64,000 nt of DNA, from the NCBI GenBank assembly GCA_008632985.1, contig QPGO01000181.1:62001-126000 (forward strand), written 5' to 3'. Both the position numbers and the translations under genes were made by a program. Numbering within the stretch: position 1 is the stretch's first letter; every line of letters starts with the position of its first letter. Below the pieces are notes generated by a model. It was given only the letters and a program-made list of their open reading frames with translations. It did no database searches and was not told where the DNA came from. Shown piece by piece: positions 50,694 to 64,000 of the stretch. The DNA comes from Psammoneis japonica. Its lineage: Eukaryota.

Positions 50694-51219
50694 GGTGTTG
50701 TTGTGCGTTATCGTGTTGTTTGCGCGCGAAGAACACGGGATCTATTTATCCGATAGTGACTCTGTTTTGCTAATAGTAGATGTTCTACTATATCCAATCT
50801 GTACATATTTTGAGAAGCGCTTCGGGGAAACCCTGTTCGGACCGTTAAATAGAAAATTTTTTTATCCAGATTCCAGAGTTCTTTTGGGGTGTTCTGTAAG
50901 ATTTTTGAATTGCTACATGTACATATTGAAAGCATAACAAAATTTTATAATATGTAAAAGCTTCAGAGACCAACATAAATTTATGTTCCATGTAGACCGC
51001 GTAGATTGTGTACCGGCGGAAAATCCACCGCCTGTCAACTCATCAGTAGTAATTCTACGTATATTCTACTTACACCTCACACACGCACACACGCCTACAC
51101 AGTCTAATAACCGCGCACACGTGCGCGAGATAAAACAAGAAATAGCTCGTACATTTGCATTAATTAAAAAAAACCGTTACGAGGTCTGAACACTAACAAT
51201 GTTGTGTGCTGTTTTCGGC

Positions 51220-54200
51220 TTATCAACTTGCCTGTCTTGGCGCTGTCTGGTGGTGATGCATCAATTTTGAAACATGCATCCTTGATGCATCTTGTTGCTG
51301 ATCCCTCTTTCATTTTCGGTTGTCATCCCCAAGCCCAGGTGCTGCTTCAAACCCACGGCTTTCCCCAGATGTTTCTTCTGCATCTGGCACACAAGATCAC
51401 ATCACAATTCCCAAAGATTCCCTTTTTTACAAAGTTCTGATGTTGTGTGAAGGCACTGTCACAAGGCATGACATGCATGGCATTGATGAGTTTAGTGTGG
51501 CACATGTGCAAGAACAGAGCAATGGATTGTTGGCAATCCACTGGCGCCATTGTTGTTGCTTCTTGCTCATCTGGGGCAACACTTTCATTCAAGCTCAGAC
51601 CACACCCCACTTTTGTTGCAGGGTGTTCTTGCCTCTAACCCCAGAGTCAATCTTGTTTTTTGATTTTATTTTGTTGTTTCTCTGGCAAATGTCATGCTTT
51701 ATTTGGTGCAGCCACTTGAACTGATTTGTCTCACATTGCATGTTGCAGTTGCTTTTAGTTGGTTTAAAAGCACCGCCCCAACTGGCCACCCAGGTTTGTT
51801 TAAAAATTGTGCTCCATTTCAACTTGATGTTTTTGCCTTGTTTTAGATTTTAACTGCCACTGCACAAATTTTGCTCAAACACTGGTTTGCTTCATCCCAT
51901 TTGCGTTGCTGCTGCTTCTCCAGCACTGGCAGTTGGCAGCTTCAAAGGCAGGTCATCTCCCAATGGTGTGTCCCACCCTTCCTCTCTCTCTCTTTCCTCA
52001 CCTCACCTCATCTCTTTTTTATTTCTTTTCTGCTTGCCTGGACAAGTTTTTGCCTTTTCTTGCCTCCGCTCCTGCTGGAACCATGGGCTGCAACCTGGGT
52101 TGTTTTCTCTGTCCTCCTGCTTTGCCCACATGCACAGCTGATTGCATTTTTGCATTCCCTCTTTACACCATCCCTGACTCTGCTTCACCAATTTACCACT
52201 TCCTGGGGTGGTGGTGCACTTCACATCCTTTGCATCTTCCACAGTCAGTTTTTTCTGCCTTGCAATGTCATCACCCTTCTCCAATTTTTCAGCTGTGTTG
52301 CAAGAAGCCTTGTCACAGAAGTTCAAGCACACCAACATGGCAAAATGCCTCAGATGAAACTGTCAGCTGTTCTTCTGGCAAGTCAGTGGTGCTTCTGCCA
52401 AATTGTGTTTGGCCTGCCACTGTTGGCACAATGTTTTCCAGGAACTATGCACACGGGTCCCCCAGCAAGCTCCGCATTCTTCAGGTCTTTGCACTCTGCC
52501 AGTGTGACAGAAATTGAAGAAATTGGTGGAAGAAAACAACAACTCCTTGCTGCTGTCTAAATGGCTGATGATTTTCCATGTAGAGACAATTGCATGAGCT
52601 GAAAGACGTGTGTTGTGATGTCAGTGCTGCTGTCATTGTTCTTGTGAGCCATGTGGCTCAAGAGCAAACTGCATCACGCAGTCACACAGACGTGACCTGG
52701 TTGCTGAATTGCTGTGACCCTCTGGAGCCAGAATTTTTTCTCCCATGACAAAACCACAGCCTCTGAGCACCTCCTCTTTTGACATTGCTGCTGTTCAACA
52801 AGATGCCATCTCTTCCCGACACCACTTGCACTCTTAACAATGGAAACCAAGAGCCTTGTGTTGGGCAATTCACATCCTTTATTTTGTGCTTTGTGCTTTC
52901 CATGGGCTCAGGAAGCATTGACACTGACCTGTTTTTCTTTCCTCAAGCTCCCATTGCAGTTTGGCCCATCATGCCTCGCTCAAATGCACATCTCCATTGC
53001 TGTCAACAGCAGCCCATCACCACCGGCGCATCTGTTGGCTTTGGTGTTCCTCTGCTGCCTCTGGTGGTGATGATGGTCAAATCATCCACACCCTCACCCA
53101 TGCACAAGCCAGATCCTCAGAGGAACCATCACAATGGCATCCAATTGTGCCTTTGCATCTGCTGCTGTGACAAAGAGGAATGCAAACAAAGCATGGAGGA
53201 CTTTGTTGATGCTGCTGATCAAAAGAGGTGTGGTCATTGTCATCTTCCTTGTGCCAGCAAGAGGAGACCGTATGGAAGTGGCAATGTGAAGAGCAACAGC
53301 ATGAGAGAGGTGTCCTGCTGTCCTGCCATCACCTTTTTGGGAACTCTTGCACACTGCCTGAATCTCCTGCCAACTGCAAATGCATTGGTTTCAACCATTT
53401 CCATCCTTCCATTTTAAAGGATGACAACAGGGGTCCTTTGGACAGTGTGGATTCTGAGACAACAGTTGCTTCCACTGAAGCAACATTGAGGATTGGAAGA
53501 ACAAAGACAAGACTGTTTGCTGCCGGCACTTGGTGCTGACCTGCATGAAGACCAATTGCCTTTGAGATGCCAAGTCAGCCCATGCATCATTGGATCCCAT
53601 TGGATCACACCTTGATGATGACGGTGACACAAGGGACACACCTTGTCCACCACCAAACATCCAAAAAGCAGCAGAAGTGCAAAGGCTTGTGGCATTTGAT
53701 CTAGATGGAGCAGGAAAGGAGAACATTTGGCTGAGAGAAGAAATTGAGAGAATAAAACAATTGCTTCACAATGCTTCCCATGCTGTCAATGAACTAAAAG
53801 CACAGCTGAAAGACAAGGCCAAACAGTTGGAAGACTGCATGGCATGGGAAGACGAGATTGCAGGGAAGGGTGGACTGAGCCAGGAGAACCCAACAAGCAG
53901 CAAGAGGCATGAAGACCACAGCTGGATTGCATGCCAGTGGATGTTGCATCGTGCATCAAAGTGCCTCATTGTAGCACCAGTAATCCTCCTCAATGCACAT
54001 CATGCATCATGGCGACTGTGCCTAAAAAGTTCAAAGACAGGGGGCATAAAAGAATTGTGGTGATTGTTGACAGCAAAACATTTATGACAGACACCGTGTG
54101 AGTCTGCACTGCTGTTGGTTGCTTGCTGTGCAGTGCAGTGAGGCAACTGATTCAAGTGGCAGCCTTCACATGACATGGTCAGCTCCAACCAGTTTAGCAT

Positions 54201-55089
54201 TTGAGCACACAGGACTCTGCTTTGGATGATGCCCTGAGAACAAAATAACAGAACTGTTGGGAATGGTTGACCCTGACCAAATTTTGTTTGGGAGCAAGCC
54301 ACACCAGCACCAGTGCTGGTAAAAGATGAAGTGAGCACACATGATGACACACATTGTGAGCAGCAGTCAGCCAGACTCTTTTCCCTCTGTGATTTTTTAT
54401 AGATCTGCAACTTTCTCCTTTGCTCTGTCATCCCAAGCGGTCACTTTTCTCTTTCGAGCAGCCATTTTCTTTTCTTCAAATGTTCAAAGTGAGATTTGTT
54501 GCCTGGAGTCACAAAGCCTGCAGGTGCGTGCACTTTCCGTGGTCTTCCAGTGTGTCACTTGGATGTCCACTCCAAGATGACACCTCCAACCAGCAGAGGG
54601 TGAGCAGAGACTCTGCACTGTTGAGCAGCAATGTGGCATTTAGTCAAGAGTGTTTCACAGAAACACAGCTGACTAAATTTTGAGTTGTCTAGACCAAAAT
54701 CTGGTGAGTGCAACCAGACAACTCACAGTGCAAAAATCCACACTGTCTGGTGCACCGGAGGAGTTGCCAAGTTCTCAACAATCAATCATGCATCCACAAG
54801 AACCAAACTGGGCCTTGTGACACTCACAGCACATGGTTGTTGTTGAGCCATGAGCTCCAACAATGTGATCCAAAGTGGCGGGAAGATTCTACAAGGATAA
54901 ACAGACAGACACAAAGTAGATTGCTGGACAGATGATCCACGACTCTCCCTCTAATTCACAGATTTGATCATCAACAAACAAAAATTCTTCAGAGACAAGC
55001 TGATGCTTACACAATTGGCACAAGTTCAGAGCAATGCTCCTGCATCTTGACCAAACTACAACATGTGACAAACAAACAAATGTCCCAAC
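51220..55089. other. Heavily eroded TpA/CpG-depleted sequence, probable transposon remnants
   Basis: Same composition as other decayed repeats; no firm domain call. Confidence 0.45.
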
Positions 55090-55093
55090 AATT

Positions 55094-55492
55094 GACGCAT
55101 TCCAGCTCCTCTGGGTGGGACCTCGCACTGCTGAACTGTGACATCAACAGTTTTTTGGATTGCGTCGTATCTCGTGCACGCACATTTCTGCATGTGACAC
55201 ATTACGAAATTGTTTCACACTCCCTGTTTTGCAAAGCCAAAGGCTTTCTATTTTCAACATTTACAAGAATGAAAACATGCTGGGTGCATTCTTTAATGTC
55301 TGCAGAATGCACCCGGGCAGACTGTCAATGATGCACTCCAAGTGTGAAGGAGGAGATGCATTCGTAAAATTGCCTCTTTTTTGTTGGCAATCATTTGTAT
55401 TTTCATTGCTTGACAAATTTACTGTGGAGCTTGCACACAGAATTCTGCAGGCCAAATGTCACACAGAGTCCCACCCAGGACTGGAACCCATC
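55094..55492. mobile_element. MITE, internal-deletion relative of 27636-29836
   Basis: Matches 27636-~27950 and ~29755-29836; TSD AATT (55090-55093, 55493-55496). Confidence 0.85.
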
Positions 55493-55495
55493 AAT

Positions 55496-58330
55496 TTACC
55501 AACCCTGAACCTTCTTCCTGTTGGCAAGAAAGAGCTCTCTTGTCAGAGGCTTGTTGAGGAAATCCATGAGCTGATCTGCCAACTCCACCTTGACAACAAC
55601 AAACGCATGGCTGTGGGACCAGAACCAATGCCACTTGACCAGAAAACACTTGGCATGGTTGGCAATGCGGTGGTCAGTCGCAAGGAAGAAGGCACCTTGG
55701 TTGTCCTCAAACACGCATGCACAAATCAACGTGGAGAGGTCACGGTGAGCATTGAGAGTCAATGCAATCTCCTGTGGGATCCTCTTTAAGGGCAAGATGG
55801 TCCCAAGGGTGCAGGAGGTGGCTTGGTGCTCGGCTTCAAGGGCAGAGCAGGACAAAGCCATCTGGAGTTGGGATTTCTAGACCAAAAAGCATGTGTTGAG
55901 GGTGACAAGATAGCCAGTGCAAGAGCAAACCAAGTTTGGATCAGAGTCTGGCTCCTGATGGAATGGACCAGCGGAATGGGCGTCCACCCACAAATCAAGG
56001 TCCAAAGCACCCACATGAGACAAGAACACCCCACCAGCACGGGTCTTCTTGAGGTGGTGGATGAGGGTCTTGACAGCAGTGGCATGAGACTTCTTGAGAG
56101 CTGAATTGAAGTGGGCAACTTGGCTGGCAGCGAAAGCAATGTCAGAGCGAGTGTTGGCAGAGAGACACAAAAGCATGCCAATGATGGAGGGGTGGCTCCA
56201 AGCCTTGTCCATGGGTGCAGGCAAGATGTTGGGTTTGCAGTTTTGCAAGCCAGCAGCAGCAAGAATCTTGTCAATCAACCCAGACTGCAACAACTTGATG
56301 GTGCCATTGTCCAACTTTTTGAACTTGACACCCGGGAACCAGGTGACACCACCTTCCTTGGTCAACTCAAATCCTTTCTCGTGCAGTCCTTTGATGACCT
56401 GATCAATGGCAGACTCGTGTGCTGTGCTGATCCCACAGCTGTGGACAAACAGACAGATCACACAATCATGATGGAGGAAAAGGAAGGGATTAAACTTGCT
56501 CTGGATAAATCCCAGATCCAAAAAGGCTTGAAGGCAGTGCTTGCACCACAAATTTGGGGCAGAGGAGAGTCCATGCAGACTCTTGTTGAGCTTCAAACAA
56601 ATCTTGGTGGGCCCAAGAGAAGACCTGTGTCCTTGAGGCAAATGGATCCACACTGGTTCATCCATTGGAAGAGCAGCTTGCACAAACACAAACTGAAAAT
56701 CCACCAACACAGTGATCCAACCCATGATGAGACTGAAGCCGAGGAACAACTGAATGGCACTCCAAGCCATGACCGGAGCACAGGTGTCTAAAATGCCATC
56801 TTGCAAATCTCTGCAACAGCAGCAGCAAGCCTTGCATTTCTTGATTTCTCCAGATGGCGAGCGCTTGCAACAGAATGCCCAAGTGCCAGGAAGTGTCCTG
56901 GACTTGGCATTGGATGTCACAACTTTGGTCCAAGTGCCTTGCTTCTCACAAGGGCAGTGATTTCCACTTCAGCTGATTGCAACCATTTTTTGCATTTCAA
57001 GCTTTGCATGGCTTTGTTCCAAGACAAAGCATCTGGGTCCTTGGCCTTTTGCAATGTCTTGCACACCAAAGGGGCAGTCACAGTGATGGTGCAGCTGTGA
57101 TTGAATGCATGGGCATGAAGAAGGTTGGCAAAACGAGCCAAACAGCTCCTTGGGAACCATCAAAACCAACACATTGGGGAGGAGCTCAAGTTCCAGTGGA
57201 GCATCTGAGGCCGGCAGCAGCAGGTGTTGGCTCCCTCTGTTGGCCTGCAGAAGAAGGCTCCCTCTTTTGACTGAAATGGGGTGATAAATTTTGGGGAGTC
57301 AGAGGGTCCCATTGCAGACTGGCATCAATGCTTGGCAGTGGCTGCAGAGCTGTCTTCCTCTGAGGTGAAACCGGGACAGCAGGACCATGGGGAGACTCTT
57401 TTGGGGCTGTGGATGGAGGAGGAGGCACTGGAGACATTGCCAGAGGACTCAAAGAAGCCGCAGGAGGAGAGTCCAAGGGTTGAACCACCAGAGGAGGAGC
57501 CACATTCAACAGAGCCAGAGGCAGTCATGACTTGGTGGTGGCTTGGACTTCACACAGCCAGCAATGACATTTGTCATGTTCTTGCACAGTGCCATCTTTC
57601 TCCTTGTCTTCTTTGTCCATGGCATGCTGGCAGATGCTGTCTTCAAAGAGAGACTGTTATTTTGGGGTGTCAACAGCCGGCAAATCATCTTGATCTGAAT
57701 TGACAGCAGCAAACCAGTCATCAAAAATGACATGAAATTGTGGGGTGAACATGCCTGAGTCAAGGCCAAGCACTGACGGGACTGAGGATGCATGCTCAGT
57801 GCTGACAAGCAAATCTTGATAGAGTGGTCTGTCTTGGTCAGTGTGTGGGAAATGAGCAGGCAGAACAGGTTGGGAAGCCTGATTGAGACAGGGCAAGAGT
57901 GTTGTGGCATGAGCCGCAGCATCACATCACTCTGTTTGTTTGCTTTGTTAGAGCTGCGGTCCATTGTTGAGCATCCAAGTGCAATGAAATTGTCATCGTA
58001 TGGGCATGACACAAAATGACATGTGTGGTCATTCATTGCTGTGAAGAACCACATGGGTGTCAGCTGCAGAAACAGTGCTGGGTCCTGCCTGTGCATGCAT
58101 TGTGCAACATTGCGATTTTGGCAATGATGCAAACCATGAAACTCACTCCTGCAGTTGAGACGGCATCACACTTGCAAATCAATTGGTTTTCGACATGCGC
58201 AACAGGTGCCAAACACAGCAGTGTGGGGCAGCATGCCCAGAGCATGTGCTCACCCAGACAAAATGGCATGGGGTGGCCTCTCATTGCCAGTTGACTGTGT
58301 GGACCTGTTGCCATGGCACTGGCAGAGTGT
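55496..58330 (-). pseudogene. Decayed Copia pol (family F): integrase, RT, RNase H
   Basis: PQFHVIFDDWF; LPGTWAF..KR.P.GEIKK; DTCAPV; KLNKSLHGL; DQLMDFLNKPL...RKKVQGW. Confidence 0.88.
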
Positions 58331-58439
58331 TTAGTCTCCCGTCCATGCCCATTGTGAGAGTCTCACAGCCACTGCAATTTGATTGTCTTTGTGACACAGG
58401 AGACATGGCAGCAGCAGCAGTTTAGGCTCTAGCAGCATT

Positions 58440-59370
58440 GGTGCTGGCAGTGGACGTTGACAATGTTCTACAGACATGTGGCATTGCCAATGTCAATGCA
58501 AGAGCCGGTTTGGTGCATTGTGATGGATTTGTGACTTTGGAAGACATTGCAGTTGTGGAAGGTGACTCGGACATGGAAGACATGGCAAACAGAGGGAGTT
58601 GGTCATCACACTGACCAGGATGGGAGAGCGACACTTGGCACTGTCAAAATTAAGAATTTGCAAGCTTTGGTCTGGTGGCTTTGTGATCATCAGAAGCACA
58701 ACCTTGCATTGGATGCAGCACTGTTTTATCAGGCAGCACTGGTTGATGCTTGCCAGAAGAAGCATGTTGAAAAGGACATGGTTGAATCAGAAGTGTCCGT
58801 CAGCTCCTTGTTGGCATTTAAGTTGGAAGATTTTGATGTGATGGAGGATGCATTTTTGAACCTCTTGTCACAGAAGATTGGGGTGTTGAAAGAACCATTG
58901 CGTCATGTGGCAAGGCCAGCAGTGGTTCCGGCCACATTTGTTGAGACACTGTAGAGGAGCGTGCATTTCAATTGAGTTTGAATGGGATGGCATTCGATCA
59001 GGACAATCGCACTGTGTGTTGTCTGTTGAAAGCTCACCTGGTGAATGCAGAAGTGGCAACTTGGATTGAAGCCCACAATGACACAGAGAATGGGAGAGAT
59101 GCCTTTTGGGCATGGGCAGACCATTGCAATGGACAGGGAGAGCTTGGCAAGCACACTCAGTTGGTGTTGGCAAACATCAGGTCATTGCATTGTGAGAGCA
59201 TTGCTTGTCATTTGAATGGTGCACAGCAAACTCACCAGTGCATTTGCAACCTTGACAAAGGATCAGGACAAGTGTAAGACAGACAAGCAGAAAGTTGAGA
59301 TTCTCCAATGGGGGATTAAGACCGATGATGTTTGGCTGCAAAAGCTTGCATCCCTGTGATCAGTCAGCAG
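58440..59370 (+). pseudogene. Decayed Copia-type gag fragment
   Basis: GTVKIKNLQALVWW; AFLNLL..IGVLKEPLRHV; F.QDNRTV..LLK; NGRDAF...DHCNGQG resemble diatom Copia Gag. Confidence 0.65.
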
Positions 59371-59379
59371 CATCCTCAT

Positions 59380-61989
59380 GACTTTCCTGGCGCATGTGCA
59401 CTCTTTTCCGCTGAAGTTTCTTGTTTGCATGGTGCATCTGATGCAGCCTCTCAATTGCTGTTTGCTCAAACCTGAGCCACTGTCATTCATGAGATGCGAC
59501 AGCAATGTCACATTCAATGTTTTGCATTTCAAATTCCCTCAGTGTTCAAATGGACTGTGTTGTCTCAATTCCACAAATCTTGCACTTTGGAAGGGTGGCA
59601 CATCTCTGAAGAACACATCGAGTTCACATCCATGGGTGATGCCATTGACTGTTCCACTGCATTCATGATCGGATTCCATGCAGGAGTCACAGGGGCGAAA
59701 GTTTCTGTTGACATCCTTCGACGGCCTCAAATGAAACCACCATCCATTGCTCAACATCTGTGCAAACCCTTCAACTCCAATTACTTTGCAATGTCTGCCT
59801 TGCCCGATGCTGCAAACTCCAAAGCCAATGATGACAAGTTTGTTTTGGAGACAGTCAACCCAGTTCAACCACCAACACCACTCGCATCTCTGATGACAGC
59901 ACGCTTGATCGAAAAAGGCCCTTTGCCCTCCAATTTGTGTGGTGCATGGAGGTGTGCGATGTTGACCATCCTGCTCCACCTGTCAGCCCATTCAATGACA
60001 ACGCATTCAATCAAGTCTTTGGTGTCCTTTGCAAGGATGAAGATTCCAAGACAAGAACCCACTGTGTCTCCAAGTGTGAGCACACATCTTGCTGGGGCAT
60101 GGAACGCAACCTGACTTGCAAGCCATGTGCGGATCCCCATCATCTCAGTCTGCTGGCAAATGGTGTACCTGGAAAGACAAGTCATGTGATCATCCAATGC
60201 ATCCACAACAAACTCACCGATGTCCAGCTGTCATCCGTCGAGCTTGTTGATGCCTCACAGGAAACTGCTCCAGCAGCAACCACTCAAGCATTTCTTGATG
60301 GTTCCACATCCACCCTGTCTCCCAAGCCATCACACTTGGATCAAAGAACATTCTCATGATCCCGAGACAAAACTCCTTGTGGACATGACATCCAATCTGT
60401 TGCTGATCATCAAAGATGATCTTAAGAAAATCCACTTCCACTGTTGGCAACCCATGTGTGCAGGGAACATCGTCATCAAAAATGACTTTGTGGTTCTCTG
60501 AAAATCAGTTGACTCTGCATGGAACTTCGCCAAGCTGCACATCACACCAAAGACTCTTTGGAATGTCATTTTCATCACATTTCACACAAACCCCATCGGC
60601 AGTCATTTCAGCATCTGTTGCACATTCCATCACATTCAACTTCATCACTTTTGGCCCAACATGTGAAAGCACATTGCATGACAGATCAACAAATGCCCAG
60701 GATGTACCCTGGCCAATGCTTGGCACCAAAAGAAATCTGAACTTGTGCACTCATTTCTGGCAGACAAATGTTGAGTTGATGCACACAGATGTGCACAACA
60801 TCGGCCATCAACAAGAGGATTCCATGGTGAGAAATGATGCATGATTGCAGTTGATGGCCTCATCACATTTGCAGTGTCCGAAGAAATCCACGGCAAAGTC
60901 AACGCAGACAGCTTCAGCAGAGCCATCATGAAAATTCTCCTAAACCACCGCATGTGTCATGCCATTGTCATTGACAAAGAGTTTAAATTTTGTGGAGCAT
61001 TCATCCAAGCAGCAGCCCTGTCAGGACTCAACCTTCACCAAGCCTCAGGAGGAAATGACAATCCAGTGTTGACCAAATGTTGTCATGCATTCCTCAACAA
61101 ATCCCTCCAAATCTTTTGCAATGAACAAGATTCAGTCTGCACCAATGCCGAAGGTGTCCACCTTGCAGCACATGCGTGGAATTCTGCCCCAGTCATCGCA
61201 CAGACTTGAGCCGATCCTCAGTTGCCATTGGTCAAGAACGTCAGTTCCCAATTGATTGCACCAATTCAAAATGCATCAACTTGCACCCAATGACCAAATC
61301 AGTTGAGAACCATGCACCAAGCAATTGTGCAATCTTCTCCCAAAATGTCAGGAGGCATTTAAAATCCTTGTCTAAGAGCACCAAGCCATGCTCCACAAGT
61401 GCATCAACAGCAATCACCTAGATCCTCTGGTGCATTCAGTCGGAGACTTTGTCTTCATCAGGCAAGCCATCAAATCAGACACCCAATGTGGTCGAGTCAA
61501 CAAAATTGTGTTTTGCCATGCTGGCCCATGGAAGATCATTGAAAGGCCACCAGGAGCCTCACACTGTGTCCGTCACTGCAAGACTAAAGCAGAAGACAAA
61601 AAGCATGCTTCTCATGTTTCCCCATGTCCCATGGAGCTAATTCCTTTCCCTCCTCTCACAGGACCAGATGGCTCCTGCAAACAAATCAACCAATCAATCA
61701 AGAAGCACCCCTTTTTAGAAGCCAGCTTTGACTCCTGCATGCCACTCCAACCCTGGAAACTTGCCAACACTGGCAATGTGCCATCATCTCAATCTCTGCT
61801 GTCTCCAGCTAACTTGGCATGTGTTGAATCTGCTGTGCACTTTCCCAACACTTGCTGAACTCAATGATGAACTTGACCGATTGCACACCACAGACGGATT
61901 CCTGCCAGAAATGACAGATCATCTTAAACCCTCATCAAATCCCATTTGCATTGAGGTGCTCGAAAGCATCAATGCAAACACAAACAATT
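59380..61989 (+). pseudogene. Decayed Ty3/Gypsy pol 3' part with integrase
   Basis: Zn-binding FHTNPIGSH...FWPNM...CPGC (~60580-60710); core LMHTD, IVIDK; GDFVF...AGPWKII (GPY/F-like). Confidence 0.75.
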
Positions 61990-64000
61990 TGACAGGATTT
62001 GAACAGGATTTAGGTGCGCGTGAAATGTCGCGCGCTATTTAGTTCACCGTGCACAGTTTTGTGTGCTCTTTAGTTCCGCGCGCACGCGCGCGATGTAGTT
62101 TGCTTTCGAGCCACAAGGCTCACAAGAATAACAACAGCAGCCCGATTATACCGACTTACACGTCTTTCGGCTCCTGTGACGGTCTCTGAGCGGAGACTCA
62201 TCTGCCATTTAGACAGCAGTAAGGAGTTGTTGTTTGAATTCTTGCCATTTGCCTTCAATTTCTGTCAGATTAACAGTCTTGCTCATTGTCAACCCATTGA
62301 GCAACCGCCATCGTCGTCGTTGATTTACCGACGACGCTATTTCAATTCTGCGTGGACCTCCGTATATATTCTACGTGTACATCGGCAAGTCTACGCGCAT
62401 TCAATACCAGGCATCGGCAGGAATTTAACGTCACCGTCAAGTCTCCTTAACGCTGTATATCTGGATTGATTATACTACCTTTTATCGCTGAAGACATACA
62501 TTCAACGGTTATATCCAAGTCTATCCTTGATCCTCATCCCTTCATATACCCATTCAACGGTTAACGGTCAAGAACCCTACATATTCAAAGATCTTCGTCG
62601 CTGAAGACATATATATATCTTCACGGCCGAGAACTTGAACCCACTCTTTGGACTACGGCTTTGCTACCACTCTACAAGCACACCGAGTCTATTGTACCTG
62701 ATCTACCCCGGACTACTGGTGCTCTACAGTTCTACTAGGTCCACAAGGACGACTGTGAGAGCAAGTGGCCGTGATTGCAGCCTACGTTGGGGCGAGGGTG
62801 TTTTCCCGCGTTTGTTCGTTTGTCCACAGCGCCTAACGCCTACGTCAACTGGCCAGCCTGATCGGGAAATCCAACCGATATAAAATAAGAACGGTTCGGG
62901 GGTCTTGTCCACCTCCAGTCAGCTCACCTGCAGGGGTTTACAACCCGCTACTCCGCTCGTAAGCAACCCAAAGCGCCACTGGCTGCGGGTTTGGACGTGC
63001 CGGCACAACTCTACGGACCGGATGGGAAGTTTAGCACTTAACAACGAACGGGACAGCACACCCCGGCGACTTCTGATTTTAAGATAGTTCAAGATTTCAA
63101 GTCAAGTCCATTTCAAGTCAAGTCCATTCCCACTCAAGTTTCAAGTCTACCTCCGCGTCCTAACAAGAATCACTTGCCCTGACACCGCTTTTGTCCACCA
63201 TGGTTCTCACTCGTCAGCAACAAACCGATGGTTTCAAGCACGTTGTTGGAACCGTGCTTGCCCAAGGTGCTGGAAGCCCTCTTCGTTTGGCTTTGACCCA
63301 CGATGGCACGGACTCGCACCAAGAACTGTTCACGTTCATGCCTTCCCAAATCAACTCGCTTGAGTGCGACAACGGCACCAATGTGATCCCATTGCCCCGA
63401 GGTTGCAAGAACATGTTAGCAGCTCTAGTTAGCCTGTACATTGTCAAAGCACACAAGGGCCTTGATGTTGCCAATGACTGTTCGTTGTTCACGCATGATG
63501 AGTTCCTTGCCTGCCGCCTCAGTCCCGACTGCATGTCTTCTGTGTCCGTCAGCAGCTCACCTCTTGCACCTCCGCACGTCACCAACTCGACCAAGGCACA
63601 CGACCCAGTGCGAGAATTCAAGCGAGGCATCAAGCGTGACCCCACTGCTTTCACGGCTCTCAAATCTGACAAACAGTGGCACACTTGGCACACCTCACTT
63701 GTGGCACAAGCCCGTGCCCAAGAGGTCGAGTGCATTCTAGACTCATCGTACAAACCGACCAGCCCCGAAGACAAACTGCTCTTTGCTGAACAGCAAAAGC
63801 ACATGTTCGCCGTCTTCGAATGCATCCTTCTCACTGACAAGGGCAAATCTCTCATTTGTGAAAATGTGGGGTCTTCTGATGCCCAGACCGTCTGCCGCGC
63901 CTTGTCCGAGCATGCGCTCACCTCCACCCGTGCATCTATCGAGTCCTCCACCTTGCTCACGCACCTCACCACCACACGCCTTGGTGATGGCACTTGGAAA
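61990..64000 (+). mobile_element. Copia subfamily A copy A2, 5' part (LTR 61990-62267, PBS, leader, gag from ATG 63200), runs off window
   Basis: High similarity to 3436-5450; expected TSD CAATT (61985-61989). Confidence 0.95.

Overview
Eukaryotic DNA, most likely from a diatom (CoDi-like Ty1/Copia proteins, short GT-AG introns; species not determinable). About 94% of the window is a nested transposon graveyard. It holds one near-intact 7.1-kb Copia (3436-10541, TSD CTGAT) inserted in a sister-subfamily Copia (1274-12934, TSD CGTCA), further decayed copies of both subfamilies, at least four other LTR families including a Gypsy integrase, TIR elements/MITEs, and a fold-back non-autonomous LTR element. 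A ~3.7-kb host island (~47500-51200) carries a 3-exon TALE-homeodomain + RING gene. The main observation is a repeat-restricted, strand-symmetric hypermutation converting TpA to TpG/CpA (Tyr to Cys/His in conserved motifs). It runs opposite to fungal RIP, appears to outpace CpG decay, acts after integration (seen in LTR pairs), spares certain contexts and the element 5' leader, and stops at the gene island. All counts are manual and approximate.
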